Below, piece by piece: positions 17,953-27,592 of a stretch of 32,774 nt of DNA (position 1 is the stretch's first letter; each line of letters begins with the position of its first letter). Position numbers and translations under genes: made by a program. The notes beneath the pieces were generated by a model. The model had not been told where the DNA came from, did no database searches, and worked only from the letters and a program-made list of their open reading frames with translations. This DNA is from Nitrososphaeraceae archaeon (lineage in GTDB: Archaea; Thermoproteota; Nitrososphaeria; Nitrososphaerales; Nitrososphaeraceae). The stretch is from assembly GCA_025936955.1 (NCBI GenBank), contig JAICSL010000001.1, positions 1 to 32,774 on the forward strand, written 5' to 3'.

Positions 17953-20088
17953 TTATCTTAGTCTAATTATTTCTCTAATATCCGGTACATTAGACCTTAT
18001 TTTTAACCGAGAATATATTGCACTAGCAGTATTTTCTGATTTTGACTTTTCACCATGATTTACAAGTACTCTTTTTGGCCTAATCTTGTATACAAAATTT
18101 AATATCTGATTAAAGTCACTGTGCCCACTAAATCCGTCTATTTTTTGGGTTTGACATCGAACGGGGATCACTTTTAATTTGCCATTTTTATCTAGCATGC
18201 TTACTTCTGTCATAGTTCCATCAATAACTCTTCTCCCTAATGTTCCATTAATCTGATAAGAGACAAAGATGATTTTATTCTTAGGATCAGGGGCAATTTC
18301 CTTAAAATATTCTACCGAAGGACCGCCTTCGAGCATTCCTGAAGTTGCCATAATGATAGACGGGTTCTGATCATTAAAAACTTCATCCCGCTTATTGGGA
18401 CCGTTGATTACAGTGAAATATTCAGACTGGAAGGGATTGATCCCTTGAGAAACAGATCTTCTTACATTAGAACCAAGATAATGAGCGTATGACATATGTA
18501 TGGCACTTGCCTCTGATATCATACCCTCTATATATACGGGTGATTCCACAAGACGACCCTCCTGCATCTCATTGTTTATGACAAGCATTATTTCCTGTGC
18601 CCTTCCCACTGCAGGTACAGGAATCAGCACTTTTCCTCCTTCTATTAACGTTTTATTTAAATTCTCGGTAAAATTCTTATAGACTACTGACTGGTCAGGC
18701 ATAATGTCACTAGTATTACCGTAAGTGCTTTCAGAGATAAGGGTTTCAACTCTTGGGTATAGGGATAAAGCACTATCTAAAAGCTGTGTTTTTGCAAATT
18801 TATAATCTCCTGAATATAATATGTTATGAGCTCCTGATATGTTGAGATGGACTGTGGAACTACCCATGATATGACCAGCATTGTTCAACGTAACCGTTAC
18901 ATCGGGAGAAATATCTGTTGGCCTACCATATGGAAGAGTTATACAATGTTTGATGACTTCATTGACATCTCTCACTTCGTATGGAAGATAGGTACCGTTG
19001 TTCTTTGCTATCTTAACAGAGTCAGTTTGAAGTAGTGTCATCAATGGTAAAGTAGGCTGTGTACAATATACTGGTCCATCATATCCAAACTTAAAAAGAG
19101 CAGGTAGAAAACCCTGATGATCAATATGGGCATGACTTATGATCACAGCATCGAGATCATCGAGATCAAAATTAAACCAATCCAGACGCGGATAGGCTGA
19201 CAATCCTGAAGTTTCACCAGGGTTTATTCCACAGTCCAACATTATTTTACTTTCTGGTGTTACTACAATGAAACATGATCTTCCAACCTGTTTAACCCCA
19301 CCAAGGCAGAAGAGCATTACTTCTTCCCTGTTACCTGTCCAAGATTGTGGTTTGCTATTGTTATCTTTCAGCATGGGTTGGTCCTTATGTACTGTTTCTC
19401 TGGAGGCGTCTATTGAGCTTTCAAGGTTATTCCCTATCAAAAGAGGAGCTCGAAAGATTCTTTTTCCAAGTTGTTGAAGAAATGTAGTCCTGTCCTTGGC
19501 AGAGCTCTTCAATACGGAGTGTATAGAATTTAGACAAGTAGATGGGATGTAAGGTGAACGCCTCATATGAGCTATCCAACCGGTAGATTGTGCAATTTCT
19601 ATTACCATTTTTTGTGCGATACTTTCCGGATGGTTAACTTCGATCACAATCTCGCCGGTTGCATCATCGCAAAAAACTGCAGAAACTAAAATGTCTTTTG
19701 GGAGCAAATTTATAACGACAGCCCTAGTCTTATCTTCTGGTAATCTTATTGAAGGGTCTGTACGAACGACAAATCTCTTTTTCAATGTCCTTGAGAGTGA
19801 AGACAGATGATAGGTTAATTCTGTAAGTGAGAATTTTGGATTTTTTGTGTATAACGCAATATTTGGTCCTTCGAATCTTGCCAGTGTAACCTTGGATTCT
19901 GCTGGAAGTGATTCTAAAACGGCTTTTGTAATTTCATCTTCATTCCTAGAAGTGATCCTGCTAGTAAAAACTTCCTTCTCTACTGAGTCATCTAAATGAG
20001 AAGTCTTAACGGGAGCAATCTCTGATTTCTTTTTAGTAGGTTGTTCATCGACGCCTACAATCGATCCATTTTCTTTGCTTTTTTCCAC
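17953..20088 (-). CDS. aCPSF1: Archaeal CPSF1-type beta-CASP ribonuclease with N-terminal KH domains (transcription termination factor FttA/aCPSF1)
   Basis: 711 aa with a GTG start. It has a KH region (ARFEGPNIALYTKNP...RFVVRTDPSIR...EIVIEVNHPE), the metallo-beta-lactamase motif ISHAHIDHQG, the beta-CASP region, and the C-terminal GFSGHSD...VNHGE. Confidence 0.9.
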   Translation of the reverse strand: MEKSKENGSIVGVDEQPTKKKSEIAPVKTSHLDDSVEKEVFTSRITSRNEDEITKAVLESLPAESKVTLARFEGPNIALYTKNPKFSLTELTYHLSSLSRTLKKRFVVRTDPSIRLPEDKTRAVVINLLPKDILVSAVFCDDATGEIVIEVNHPESIAQKMVIEIAQSTGWIAHMRRSPYIPSTCLNSIHSVLKSSAKDRTTFLQQLGKRIFRAPLLIGNNLESSIDASRETVHKDQPMLKDNNSKPQSWTGNREEVMLFCLGGVKQVGRSCFIVVTPESKIMLDCGINPGETSGLSAYPRLDWFNFDLDDLDAVIISHAHIDHQGFLPALFKFGYDGPVYCTQPTLPLMTLLQTDSVKIAKNNGTYLPYEVRDVNEVIKHCITLPYGRPTDISPDVTVTLNNAGHIMGSSTVHLNISGAHNILYSGDYKFAKTQLLDSALSLYPRVETLISESTYGNTSDIMPDQSVVYKNFTENLNKTLIEGGKVLIPVPAVGRAQEIMLVINNEMQEGRLVESPVYIEGMISEASAIHMSYAHYLGSNVRRSVSQGINPFQSEYFTVINGPNKRDEVFNDQNPSIIMATSGMLEGGPSVEYFKEIAPDPKNKIIFVSYQINGTLGRRVIDGTMTEVSMLDKNGKLKVIPVRCQTQKIDGFSGHSDFNQILNFVYKIRPKRVLVNHGEKSKSENTASAIYSRLKIRSNVPDIREIIRLR

Positions 20089-20405
20089 TTTTATTCTTCG
20101 TCCAGCTCAGTACTGGTATTTTTGTGCCTAGGTTTTAGTTTTGTGCACTCATGATAAAGAGAGATAATTTTGAACTGCACCAGTAATATGCCAAATACTA
20201 CTACAGAGTATCCATTAATATGTTTATAGTTTCGATTATACTTGAGGGTACAAAAAGTAAGAGTTATTCAAATGTATCGTCGAGTACTTTCATGCTACTG
20301 ACTTTAAAGTAGAATTGGTCACATGAATCACAACAGCAGGAAAATTAGCTAGATAAATAGTTAAACAATACTTCAAATCTCTTGGATTGGGTTTGTTTTA
20401 TTGTT

Positions 20406-21668
20406 TTACCTTAGTACATACGGTAGGAATACCGACATAGCTACGATTATCGTCATAACGATGGTAATCACTAACGATGCATTAATTACTCTTTTTGTTT
20501 TCGTTTTACTTTGAATCAAATAATTGTATAACTGGCCTCCATCCATGGGACCTATAGGAAGGGCATTGAATATTCCCAAGTTAAAATTTATAAACCATAA
20601 CCAAAAAAAGAAATTAGCAAAGATAGAAAATGATGAGCCCAACATCTCGGATCCGTATCTAGGAGCCATCATATCTGAATAAGGAACAACACCTTGTTCT
20701 ATCGTCGGCGGGAGGATGAGTGCTATAGGATTAGTCCAAAAAAGATTCTTATAATTGGATAGAACTAAGGATGGATCAGGGTTGACGTCCCTTATGGAGA
20801 CTCCCAGTATTCCTCTCTTGTTCTCTGCGACTGGAGGAAGAGATATAGTGCGGAGTAATTTTTGACCGCTCTTATCCTGCCAAGTGATTCCTACCTTATT
20901 ACCAAGATTTGACCTTAGAACCGAAGATAGATTCTGGATATTCTGAATTTTTTGCCCTGCAACATTTTCTATTACCGAGTCCTTGGTTAATCCAACCGAT
21001 TCTGCAATCGAACTTGGGTTTACACTGAGAACCTTTACGCCGAGGGGTACAGGGCCTACCATATGTAAAGGATGTAAAGAATTAACAACAAAAAAAAGGG
21101 CGAACAATGAAATGAGTGCAAATATCATATTGTTTAAAGGACCAGCTGTAAGAATTGCACTTTTTATCTTATTGGAAGTCTTTTCTAATTCATCCCTATC
21201 GATGTTAACGAATGCTCCTATTGGAATTATTCCTAATAATAAAATTCCAGTCGATTCCACTTTAATATTGTATGCTCGAGCCACTATCCCGTGTCCTGCC
21301 TCATGTATTATCACAGTAATTACCAGCGCTATCCATCCATAACTCAATGGAAGATATGGATTTATACCTGGAATAAGCAAATTGGAGGTAGGGCCTATAT
21401 CGCGAGCACTCTCACGAACACCTGAGTTGGAAAATGTGAGTATAAGGGAAGTAACTATTAAAAAGATAGCCAAAGCTGTTATCACAGGCATTAAGTAAAT
21501 ATTACATTTAGCATAGAATTTTGCAATCCTATTTTTAGCTACTTTTTCAAAAAATCTTAAACCATATGGAGTATGTATTAGTACAAAAACAAATTTCCGT
21601 TCTACTCTTATCTTAGCTTGTTGCTCCAAACACTTGTCATAGGCAACAACCTTATTTAAATTAAACAT
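20406..21668 (-). CDS. Site-2 protease family (M50) membrane metalloprotease with PDZ domain
   Basis: 420 aa. The HExxH motif sits in a TM helix (VIIHEAGHGIVARAY). It also has an internal PDZ-like segment (LGVKVLSVNPSSIAESVGLTKDSVIENVAGQKI) and the C-terminal NALPIGPMDGG motif. Confidence 0.85.
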   Translation of the reverse strand: MFNLNKVVAYDKCLEQQAKIRVERKFVFVLIHTPYGLRFFEKVAKNRIAKFYAKCNIYLMPVITALAIFLIVTSLILTFSNSGVRESARDIGPTSNLLIPGINPYLPLSYGWIALVITVIIHEAGHGIVARAYNIKVESTGILLLGIIPIGAFVNIDRDELEKTSNKIKSAILTAGPLNNMIFALISLFALFFVVNSLHPLHMVGPVPLGVKVLSVNPSSIAESVGLTKDSVIENVAGQKIQNIQNLSSVLRSNLGNKVGITWQDKSGQKLLRTISLPPVAENKRGILGVSIRDVNPDPSLVLSNYKNLFWTNPIALILPPTIEQGVVPYSDMMAPRYGSEMLGSSFSIFANFFFWLWFINFNLGIFNALPIGPMDGGQLYNYLIQSKTKTKRVINASLVITIVMTIIVAMSVFLPYVLR

Positions 21669-21947
21669 TGGAATAATCTAATATCCGTTTTGAGAATTCT
21701 ATTGAATTATTGCCAGATGCAGTCAATTCAAAGGATAAATTTACTTTGTGTGATAAACTACTGTTTATAATTGCACCAATTTTTTTTATTCGATAACGAC
21801 CGGAGCACGTTTTTAATAAGGTCCTCTAAAGGGGAAACTACAAGGAATCATGATGAAATATGGTATGAGATATTTCGATTGGTATATAATTTTGAGAAGA
21901 TGAATGTCAAATAAACATATGTGTTCGTGTCATGTGAATCTGCTCAC

Positions 21948-21972
21948 TGATTGATTTATGATTGATTGATTG
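21948..21972. repeat. Short (TGAT/GATT)n-type microsatellite with a nearby imperfect inverted copy (21988..22002)
   Basis: Read directly: tgattgatttatgattgattgattg. It is followed by ctgaaatcag (a self-complementary CTGA..TCAG) and taatcaacgatcaat, whose reverse complement is attgatcgttgatta. It lies in the 540-nt region upstream of the M50 protease gene. Confidence 0.5.
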
Positions 21973-22207
21973 TTTCTGAAATCAGGCTAATCAACGATCA
22001 ATTTATCGATATGTGCAGTGGCCTTGTATTGAAACATTATAGAAATGGTATTTATATCATCTTATCGATATTAGATAGGATTCCCGTTACTCAAATGAAT
22101 TGGTGGTAATTAGATACACCAGATCCAAATATCCTTCTGGCTGAACCAAAATGAAGGTAAATTTCAGATTCGAGTACATATATAAATTCAATGCAAGAAT
22201 CACGAGG

Positions 22208-22594
22208 TTATTGGTTTAACAATACGGCATTAACTGTGCCCTCCTGTCCAGGCCTTGATACAACTTTAGCTAGTCCAACCTCGGTTTCTAATATTGCCCC
22301 TTTACTTATTACTCCCCTTCTTTCGTAATCTTTGTTCGCTGGATTCTTCGAGACCTGTAAAATTTTTGACTTGATTACTTTCTTGCTTTTACTGTCCGTT
22401 ACTGATGCAAAGTCGACTGTTTTTATGGCACTCTTGATATTATTACCTCTAGTTCTTCTTGTAACGATATCAATATTGCCTAGAATAGCTTCATTAGGAT
22501 ATCTGTCAATTTCATACTTTCGCCTCCCTCTTAAAGGAAATATTCGGCCACCGGTATATTTCCGACCAGTTAGATTCTCAATGGATTTTCGCAT
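22208..22594 (-). CDS. rps8e: 30S ribosomal protein S8e
   Basis: 128 aa. MRKSIENLTGRKYTGGR...RRTRGNNIKSAIK...NPANKDYERRGVISKGAILETEVGLAKVVSRPGQEGTVNAVLL matches the S8e family pattern. Confidence 0.9.
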   Translation of the reverse strand: MRKSIENLTGRKYTGGRIFPLRGRRKYEIDRYPNEAILGNIDIVTRRTRGNNIKSAIKTVDFASVTDSKSKKVIKSKILQVSKNPANKDYERRGVISKGAILETEVGLAKVVSRPGQEGTVNAVLLNQ

Positions 22595-22671
22595 AATAAT
22601 TTTATTTTTTCGTGCTAATTAAGGCTTGCTGTAGAAATGCTAGGACTATTTACTATACTCTTCGGCAGCAG

Positions 22672-23178
22672 TCATTCCATTTTTTTTCTAAGAGAGTTCA
22701 AATCGGCAACCCCAAAGTATTCCTGAAACTTCTTTGTTGTTTTATATACTTTCAGCCTTCCAACGTTATCATGTTCAACAAAATTTGTCCGCTCCAAGTC
22801 CCTGAGATGGGTGTATACTTGGCTACCTCTTATTTGCACAAGCCGCTTTGAAGTTATGGGTTCTTCGTACGCAACATAGGAAAGTGTCTTGAGAGTAGCA
22901 TTCGACATTACAGGACGTTGTGCATATTTTCTAATAATTGGAGTATATTCGGGTTTCAACTGGAATACGAAATTCCCGTCCTCTAACTTACAAATCTCAA
23001 TCGCTCTAAAAATAGATCTTGTTAATTCAGCCAAATTATTGAGAATTTTTATTGTTTTCTGTTTAGAATTGCTTCCTGATGCCTTAATAAGTTCATCCAG
23101 GGATAATGGTCTTCCTGCCGAATACAAAGCGGCCTCGATTCTGGCGGTGATTTCGTCGGTAGAGAGTGTCTGTGTCAC
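22672..23178 (-). CDS. scpB: Segregation and condensation protein B
   Basis: 168 aa. IEAALYSAGRPLSLDELIKASG is followed by a second wHTH (LKTLSYVAYEEPITSKRLVQIRGSQVYTHLRDLERTNFV), which is typical of ScpB. It lies immediately downstream of scpA. Confidence 0.85.
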   Translation of the reverse strand: MTQTLSTDEITARIEAALYSAGRPLSLDELIKASGSNSKQKTIKILNNLAELTRSIFRAIEICKLEDGNFVFQLKPEYTPIIRKYAQRPVMSNATLKTLSYVAYEEPITSKRLVQIRGSQVYTHLRDLERTNFVEHDNVGRLKVYKTTKKFQEYFGVADLNSLRKKME

Positions 23179-23206
23179 ATTCTAATCCTAGCAAATAATT
23201 TTTCCG

Positions 23207-23905
23207 TTATTCTTTTTTGTCAAGATAAACTATTTTAATGTCGTCGCTATCTTGCATTTGTTCCAAATCAACCTTTCCCTTCATGGCCAGGTAAAGCATG
23301 GCGATAAAATACCTCACAACCTCTATTTGTTCCATGTTTTTTATAATAGTTTTAAACATAATTACCTTATCTGCATATGCAATGTCCATAATCATATTCT
23401 CATAGCTTTGTAATAATTGTTCAAATTTAACAAGGTACCTATCAAAATCAAACGTTTCAATTGGATCAAATCCAGTTTGTTTCCTTTTAAGTTTGGGAGT
23501 TCCTAGATGAGAGATCATATTCTCAAGAGCATGCATTAATTCTTCTAAAGAAACAGGATAGGTGGGTTCAATTCTATATGGGACCTGAATAGTATTAATT
23601 TGAGGTATGGGTCGCTCCAATTTCGGTTCCTCTATTCCTTTTTTCTGCATGGCAGTTTTCTCCAGCTTAAATATAGTTTCTACTTTTAGTCGATGGATAA
23701 TTGAAGATGAATGAGCTGCAATCCCACAAACCCGGAGATCCTTCAGATGTGTTTTGTTGATAATCTCTAGAAGTGTCTGGAGAAGAGCAACAACGTCTAC
23801 ATTCCATATCTCTTTCTTTGCAAGAAGTGAAAGGTTAAACAGTAAGTTTAATGGGGGCTGCGCCATTATCTTTTTTGGATCTTCCTGCGAATCTTCTTGA
23901 GTCAA
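23207..23905 (-). CDS. scpA: Segregation and condensation protein A (kleisin)
   Basis: 232 aa. It has the N-terminal PLNLLFNLSLLAKKEIWNVDVVALLQTLLEII... and the C-terminal winged helix RYFIAMLYLAMKGKVDLEQMQDSDDIKIV, typical of ScpA. The start is TTG 23905 or ATG 23866 (MAQPPL). Confidence 0.8.
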   Translation of the reverse strand: MTQEDSQEDPKKIMAQPPLNLLFNLSLLAKKEIWNVDVVALLQTLLEIINKTHLKDLRVCGIAAHSSSIIHRLKVETIFKLEKTAMQKKGIEEPKLERPIPQINTIQVPYRIEPTYPVSLEELMHALENMISHLGTPKLKRKQTGFDPIETFDFDRYLVKFEQLLQSYENMIMDIAYADKVIMFKTIIKNMEQIEVVRYFIAMLYLAMKGKVDLEQMQDSDDIKIVYLDKKE

Positions 23906-24195
23906 TGCTAGTAGGTCAGCATATAAGAATAATAATTTATCTCATATTTGAAAATGCTATCCAATGCTAAGGAGTGTATAGGGTAATTAATACGTCTTCT
24001 ATCTACTTGCGAAACTTTTGGAACTCAAACTGGGATAGACACTTTATTGATTGCATCTCATTATGGAGTTCAAAGTGGTGTTCAAGCTGCTCGATAGATT
24101 CTTGACGTAATTTAATTTTTATTAAGTGTCCAACTGAGAGAATAATACTGGATCCAAGGAATACAATTTAATCTCTACTGCGTAATCTATACTTA

Positions 24196-24579
24196 TTGCG
24201 CAATAATATTATTGCTATAATAGCAATTACGTTCGTTGTAATGGGGACTTTATGGGGGGTTGGAAATTTGACCCATCCTCACAACCAACATACTACCGCA
24301 AAGGTTGAAGGTATACTTTTGATAGCCCAAAATAATGTTTTCAATGAAACTAATCCTGATATATATGTTAAAACAAACATTCCAAAAAAAATAGTAGTGG
24401 TCAACAAGGACTTTGTGAGACATGACTTTATTGTAAATGAATTGAATGTGAATACCGCATATCTATCTTCAGAACAGGTCTTCACAACCGCTATTGCATC
24501 AAAAAATCAAGGAATATTTGAATACTATTGTTCATTACATCCATCTACAATGCATGGAAAGATAATAGTTAAATCATAA
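24196..24579 (+). CDS. Membrane-anchored type-1 (blue) copper protein, cupredoxin/plastocyanin-like
   Basis: 127 aa. A TTG start is needed to include the N-terminal TM anchor (IIAIIAITFVVMGTLWGV). The copper ligand set is His in VRHDFIV plus YYCSLHPSTMHGKIIV (C-x2-H-x3-M). Such proteins are abundant in ammonia-oxidising archaea. Confidence 0.75.
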   Translation: MRNNIIAIIAITFVVMGTLWGVGNLTHPHNQHTTAKVEGILLIAQNNVFNETNPDIYVKTNIPKKIVVVNKDFVRHDFIVNELNVNTAYLSSEQVFTTAIASKNQGIFEYYCSLHPSTMHGKIIVKS

Positions 24580-24618
24580 GAGTAGGATTGTACGCTGCAT
24601 ATTAGATTTATTCAATGT

Positions 24619-27006
24619 TTATGTGTGATCTACTAACTTCAAATTATGCATGTCTACAAGATCTTTTTCGAATGACTCAAGCTCAGGTGGCACAGACATT
24701 TCTATCGAGTCCTTTAACGAAAGTGGATTTCTTGTTATCGGTGAGATTGTTTGTTTTTTCTTATTCCATACAAGAGAGTTAAAATCGATAATAAGTTTTG
24801 TATATTTTATCAAGTCATCATTAAGTCCTTCGGAACTAGGCATTGCCTGAAGGTGAATGCTTTTTACAGAGTACATCTTTCTCCATAACTCTTCTGTAAT
24901 AAATGGACATATGGGTGCAAGCAACAATAAAATAGTTGAAAAACACCTATGCAACGCGAACAATGCTGATGCTTGACTTACTTTATCTTCTTTATTATAT
25001 GCTCTTCCCTTAACCATCTCTAAATAATGAGGAGCGAAAAGTTCCCAGGTAAATTCCCTAATGGCCTTTGCAACCATAAAGAAGTTAAATTCATTGTAAG
25101 CGTTCTTGCAGCTTTGAATCAGCTGGGATAATTCGGCAAGTACCCACTTGTCAGAGCTAAGAAGCTGAGCCGTATTAGTGGCTAAAGCTGGTTGATACTC
25201 ATCAAAAGATGAAATGAATCTAGCGATATTCCATATTTTCGACAAGAATTTCTGAGAATTTGCAATTTTTTCTTCTGAGCATCTGAAATCATAGCCAAGG
25301 TTAACTTCGCTTGCCGACCAAAATCTAAAGGTATCTGCACCATACTTTTCAATTATGGGTAATGGATCTATTACATTTCCTTTACTTTTGCTCATCTTTT
25401 CACCTTTATCATCCAAACCAAATCCCATTATCCACGCATCAGACCAGGGTATCCTTCCTGTTATTGTGTAGCACCTTAGAAGGGTATAATATAACCAAGT
25501 TCTAACAATATCCTTTGCTTGAGGTCGAATCCTTGTAGGATAATAATTATTGTGAAACTCTATGTCCTGTTGGTACTTTGTAATGAATAGGGGAGAGATA
25601 CTTGAATCCATCCACGTGTCAAAGATTCTTATCTCACCGGAAAACTCACTGCCCCCACATTTAATACATCTTACAAAGGGAGGTTTCTCTTTCCAAGGAC
25701 GATAGTAGTTGCCGGGTTCAGGAAGCATTGGATGATGACAAGAGTTACAAAACCATACCGGAATTTCAGTACCATAATATCTCCTCCTCGAGATTGGCCA
25801 ATCTATTGATACAGAGTCTAGCCAGTTAACTAAGATCTGCTTGTGAAATTGTGGATGAAACGTGATCTCTTCAGCGAGTTCTTTCAACTTGGGAATGTAA
25901 TCGAGTTGTTTTAAATAGTAGTCCTGTAAAGGCAATATCTCGATAGGAGTCTTACTCCTTTCGCATAGAGGTGTTCTATGTACTATTGATTCTTCTCTTT
26001 GAATAATACCTAGTTTCTCTAAGTCTTCGATGATTTTCTTTCTTGCATTCTTTACTCTGAGATTGGCGTATGGACCAGCGTTAGTGGTAGTAAGACCAAC
26101 CTCGTTCAGAGCTACAATTTCTTTTAAACCTAATTCTCGAAAGATGTTAACATCATTCTGATCGCCATAACTACATACCATAACGGCGCCTGATCCGAAT
26201 TCCTGTTTTACTGAGTGATGAGGGAAAATTTTAACTGATCTGTTGAAAATGGGCAACTGAACATATTTCCCGTGAAGATCTTTATAACGCTGATCGTTCG
26301 GATTAACAATTATAGATTGACATGCAAATAACAATTCTGGTCTCGTGGAAGCCACCGATATTTTATTACTCGATCCTTCAACATTAAAGCTCATGTATAC
26401 AAGTTTCGTTGGAATCTCTTCATAAATTATTTCTGCGTCAGCTATAGTAGTTCCACATTCAAAGCAATAGTTATTAGGTCTATTAGCCATATATATGAGA
26501 CCTCGATTCCACAAATCAATAAACGTACTCTGAGTTAAAGCCCTAAATTCTTTTGAGTCAGTTCGGTAATATCCGCTAAAGTTTCCACTCATCCCCATGT
26601 TCTTCATTATTTGGATCATATCATCTTCTAAATTATCAAGAGTAATCTTACATAGGTCGATAAATTCCTCTCTATTCATCTGACGCATCCTAATATTGTG
26701 TTTTTTTTCTGTGTATATTTCGACAGGCAAACCGTTTCTATCTATGCCTATTGGAAACAGAACGTTGTAATCCATCATTCGTGCAGTACGTGCAATCATA
26801 TCAATTTGTGCATAATGAGCTGCTGCTCCAATATGCCAAGGTTTTCCGGAAGGATAGGGAGGAGGTGTATCTATAACAAAAGGTTTTTTTTGTTTTGAAA
26901 ATGACAAATTGTAAATATCGTTTTCTTCCCAATCATTTAAGATGGTCTTTTCCAAAGCTGGATCCCATGACTTGGCTTTAATTTTAGGCTCGTTCAATCG
27001 TTTCAT
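24619..27006 (-). CDS. valS: Valine--tRNA ligase (class Ia aminoacyl-tRNA synthetase)
   Basis: 795 aa. It has a HIGH-type motif (PPPYPSGKPWHIGAAAHY) and KMSKS (KMSKSKGN). It has a CP1 editing domain (SVASTRPELLFACQSIIVNPNDQRYKDL...GSGAVMVCSYGDQNDV). Zn-binding Cys pairs are present (CFECG; CNSC...CIKCG). The size and motifs fit archaeal ValRS better than LeuRS or IleRS. The amino-acid specificity was not verified by alignment. Confidence 0.75.
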   Translation of the reverse strand: MKRLNEPKIKAKSWDPALEKTILNDWEENDIYNLSFSKQKKPFVIDTPPPYPSGKPWHIGAAAHYAQIDMIARTARMMDYNVLFPIGIDRNGLPVEIYTEKKHNIRMRQMNREEFIDLCKITLDNLEDDMIQIMKNMGMSGNFSGYYRTDSKEFRALTQSTFIDLWNRGLIYMANRPNNYCFECGTTIADAEIIYEEIPTKLVYMSFNVEGSSNKISVASTRPELLFACQSIIVNPNDQRYKDLHGKYVQLPIFNRSVKIFPHHSVKQEFGSGAVMVCSYGDQNDVNIFRELGLKEIVALNEVGLTTTNAGPYANLRVKNARKKIIEDLEKLGIIQREESIVHRTPLCERSKTPIEILPLQDYYLKQLDYIPKLKELAEEITFHPQFHKQILVNWLDSVSIDWPISRRRYYGTEIPVWFCNSCHHPMLPEPGNYYRPWKEKPPFVRCIKCGGSEFSGEIRIFDTWMDSSISPLFITKYQQDIEFHNNYYPTRIRPQAKDIVRTWLYYTLLRCYTITGRIPWSDAWIMGFGLDDKGEKMSKSKGNVIDPLPIIEKYGADTFRFWSASEVNLGYDFRCSEEKIANSQKFLSKIWNIARFISSFDEYQPALATNTAQLLSSDKWVLAELSQLIQSCKNAYNEFNFFMVAKAIREFTWELFAPHYLEMVKGRAYNKEDKVSQASALFALHRCFSTILLLLAPICPFITEELWRKMYSVKSIHLQAMPSSEGLNDDLIKYTKLIIDFNSLVWNKKKQTISPITRNPLSLKDSIEMSVPPELESFEKDLVDMHNLKLVDHT

Positions 27007-27089
27007 TTAATGAAATATAATACGGTTATTAACGTTAGTGTAGTGGCTATGCTAGATCAAGATATTTTACATTTGATAAGTGTTTATCG

Positions 27090-27365
27090 TTATACCACAA
27101 TTTTAAATATTTTCTCTAGTATTGTACCTCTATTTTTCGTGTCCCTATAACAGACATTATCAACATCAACCATAATAGTAGGCTGTTTTCTAATTCCAGC
27201 CCGTTCTTCTAAACCCATTTTGATGCGATATGCTCGATATGGGTCTGATATCGTTACCCTAGGAAAGATATTCGATTTCCTCTCATACCCTTTATAAAGA
27301 TGTACTGGCTGAGGCATAAAGGGTTTATCTTGTATAATACCATATAGTTGGTATGCCAATGGCAT
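27090..27365 (-). CDS. Hypothetical protein
   Basis: 91 aa with no recognised motif. Its ATG overlaps the divergent RAM-domain gene start within a palindrome. An internal ATG at 27317 (MPQPVHLY) is an alternative start. Confidence 0.4.
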   Translation of the reverse strand: MPLAYQLYGIIQDKPFMPQPVHLYKGYERKSNIFPRVTISDPYRAYRIKMGLEERAGIRKQPTIMVDVDNVCYRDTKNRGTILEKIFKIVV

Positions 27366-27592
27366 ATGTCCTAATAAATTGTGATCTAGGTTATGAAAAA
27401 GAAACCATCAATAGGCTTAAAGAATTGGCGGAAATAACAGAAGTCTATGGTGTCTACGGGGTTTACGACGTTCTTGTAAAGGTTAAGGCGGACACAATGG
27501 ATAGAGTTAAAGAAATTATTACATGGAATATCAGACGAATTGATAAAATAAGATCAACATTGACTTTGATTGAAATTGAAGGTCAACATTGA
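27353..27592 (+). CDS. Stand-alone Lrp/AsnC ligand-binding (RAM) domain protein
   Basis: 79 aa. AYVLINCDLGYEKETINRLKELAEITEVYGVYGVYDVLVKVKADTMDRVKEIITWNIRRIDKIRSTLTLI is the classic beta-alpha-beta-beta-alpha-beta RAM/AsnC_trans_reg pattern without an HTH. The start is ATG 27353 or 27359. Confidence 0.75.
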   Translation: MPMAYVLINCDLGYEKETINRLKELAEITEVYGVYGVYDVLVKVKADTMDRVKEIITWNIRRIDKIRSTLTLIEIEGQH

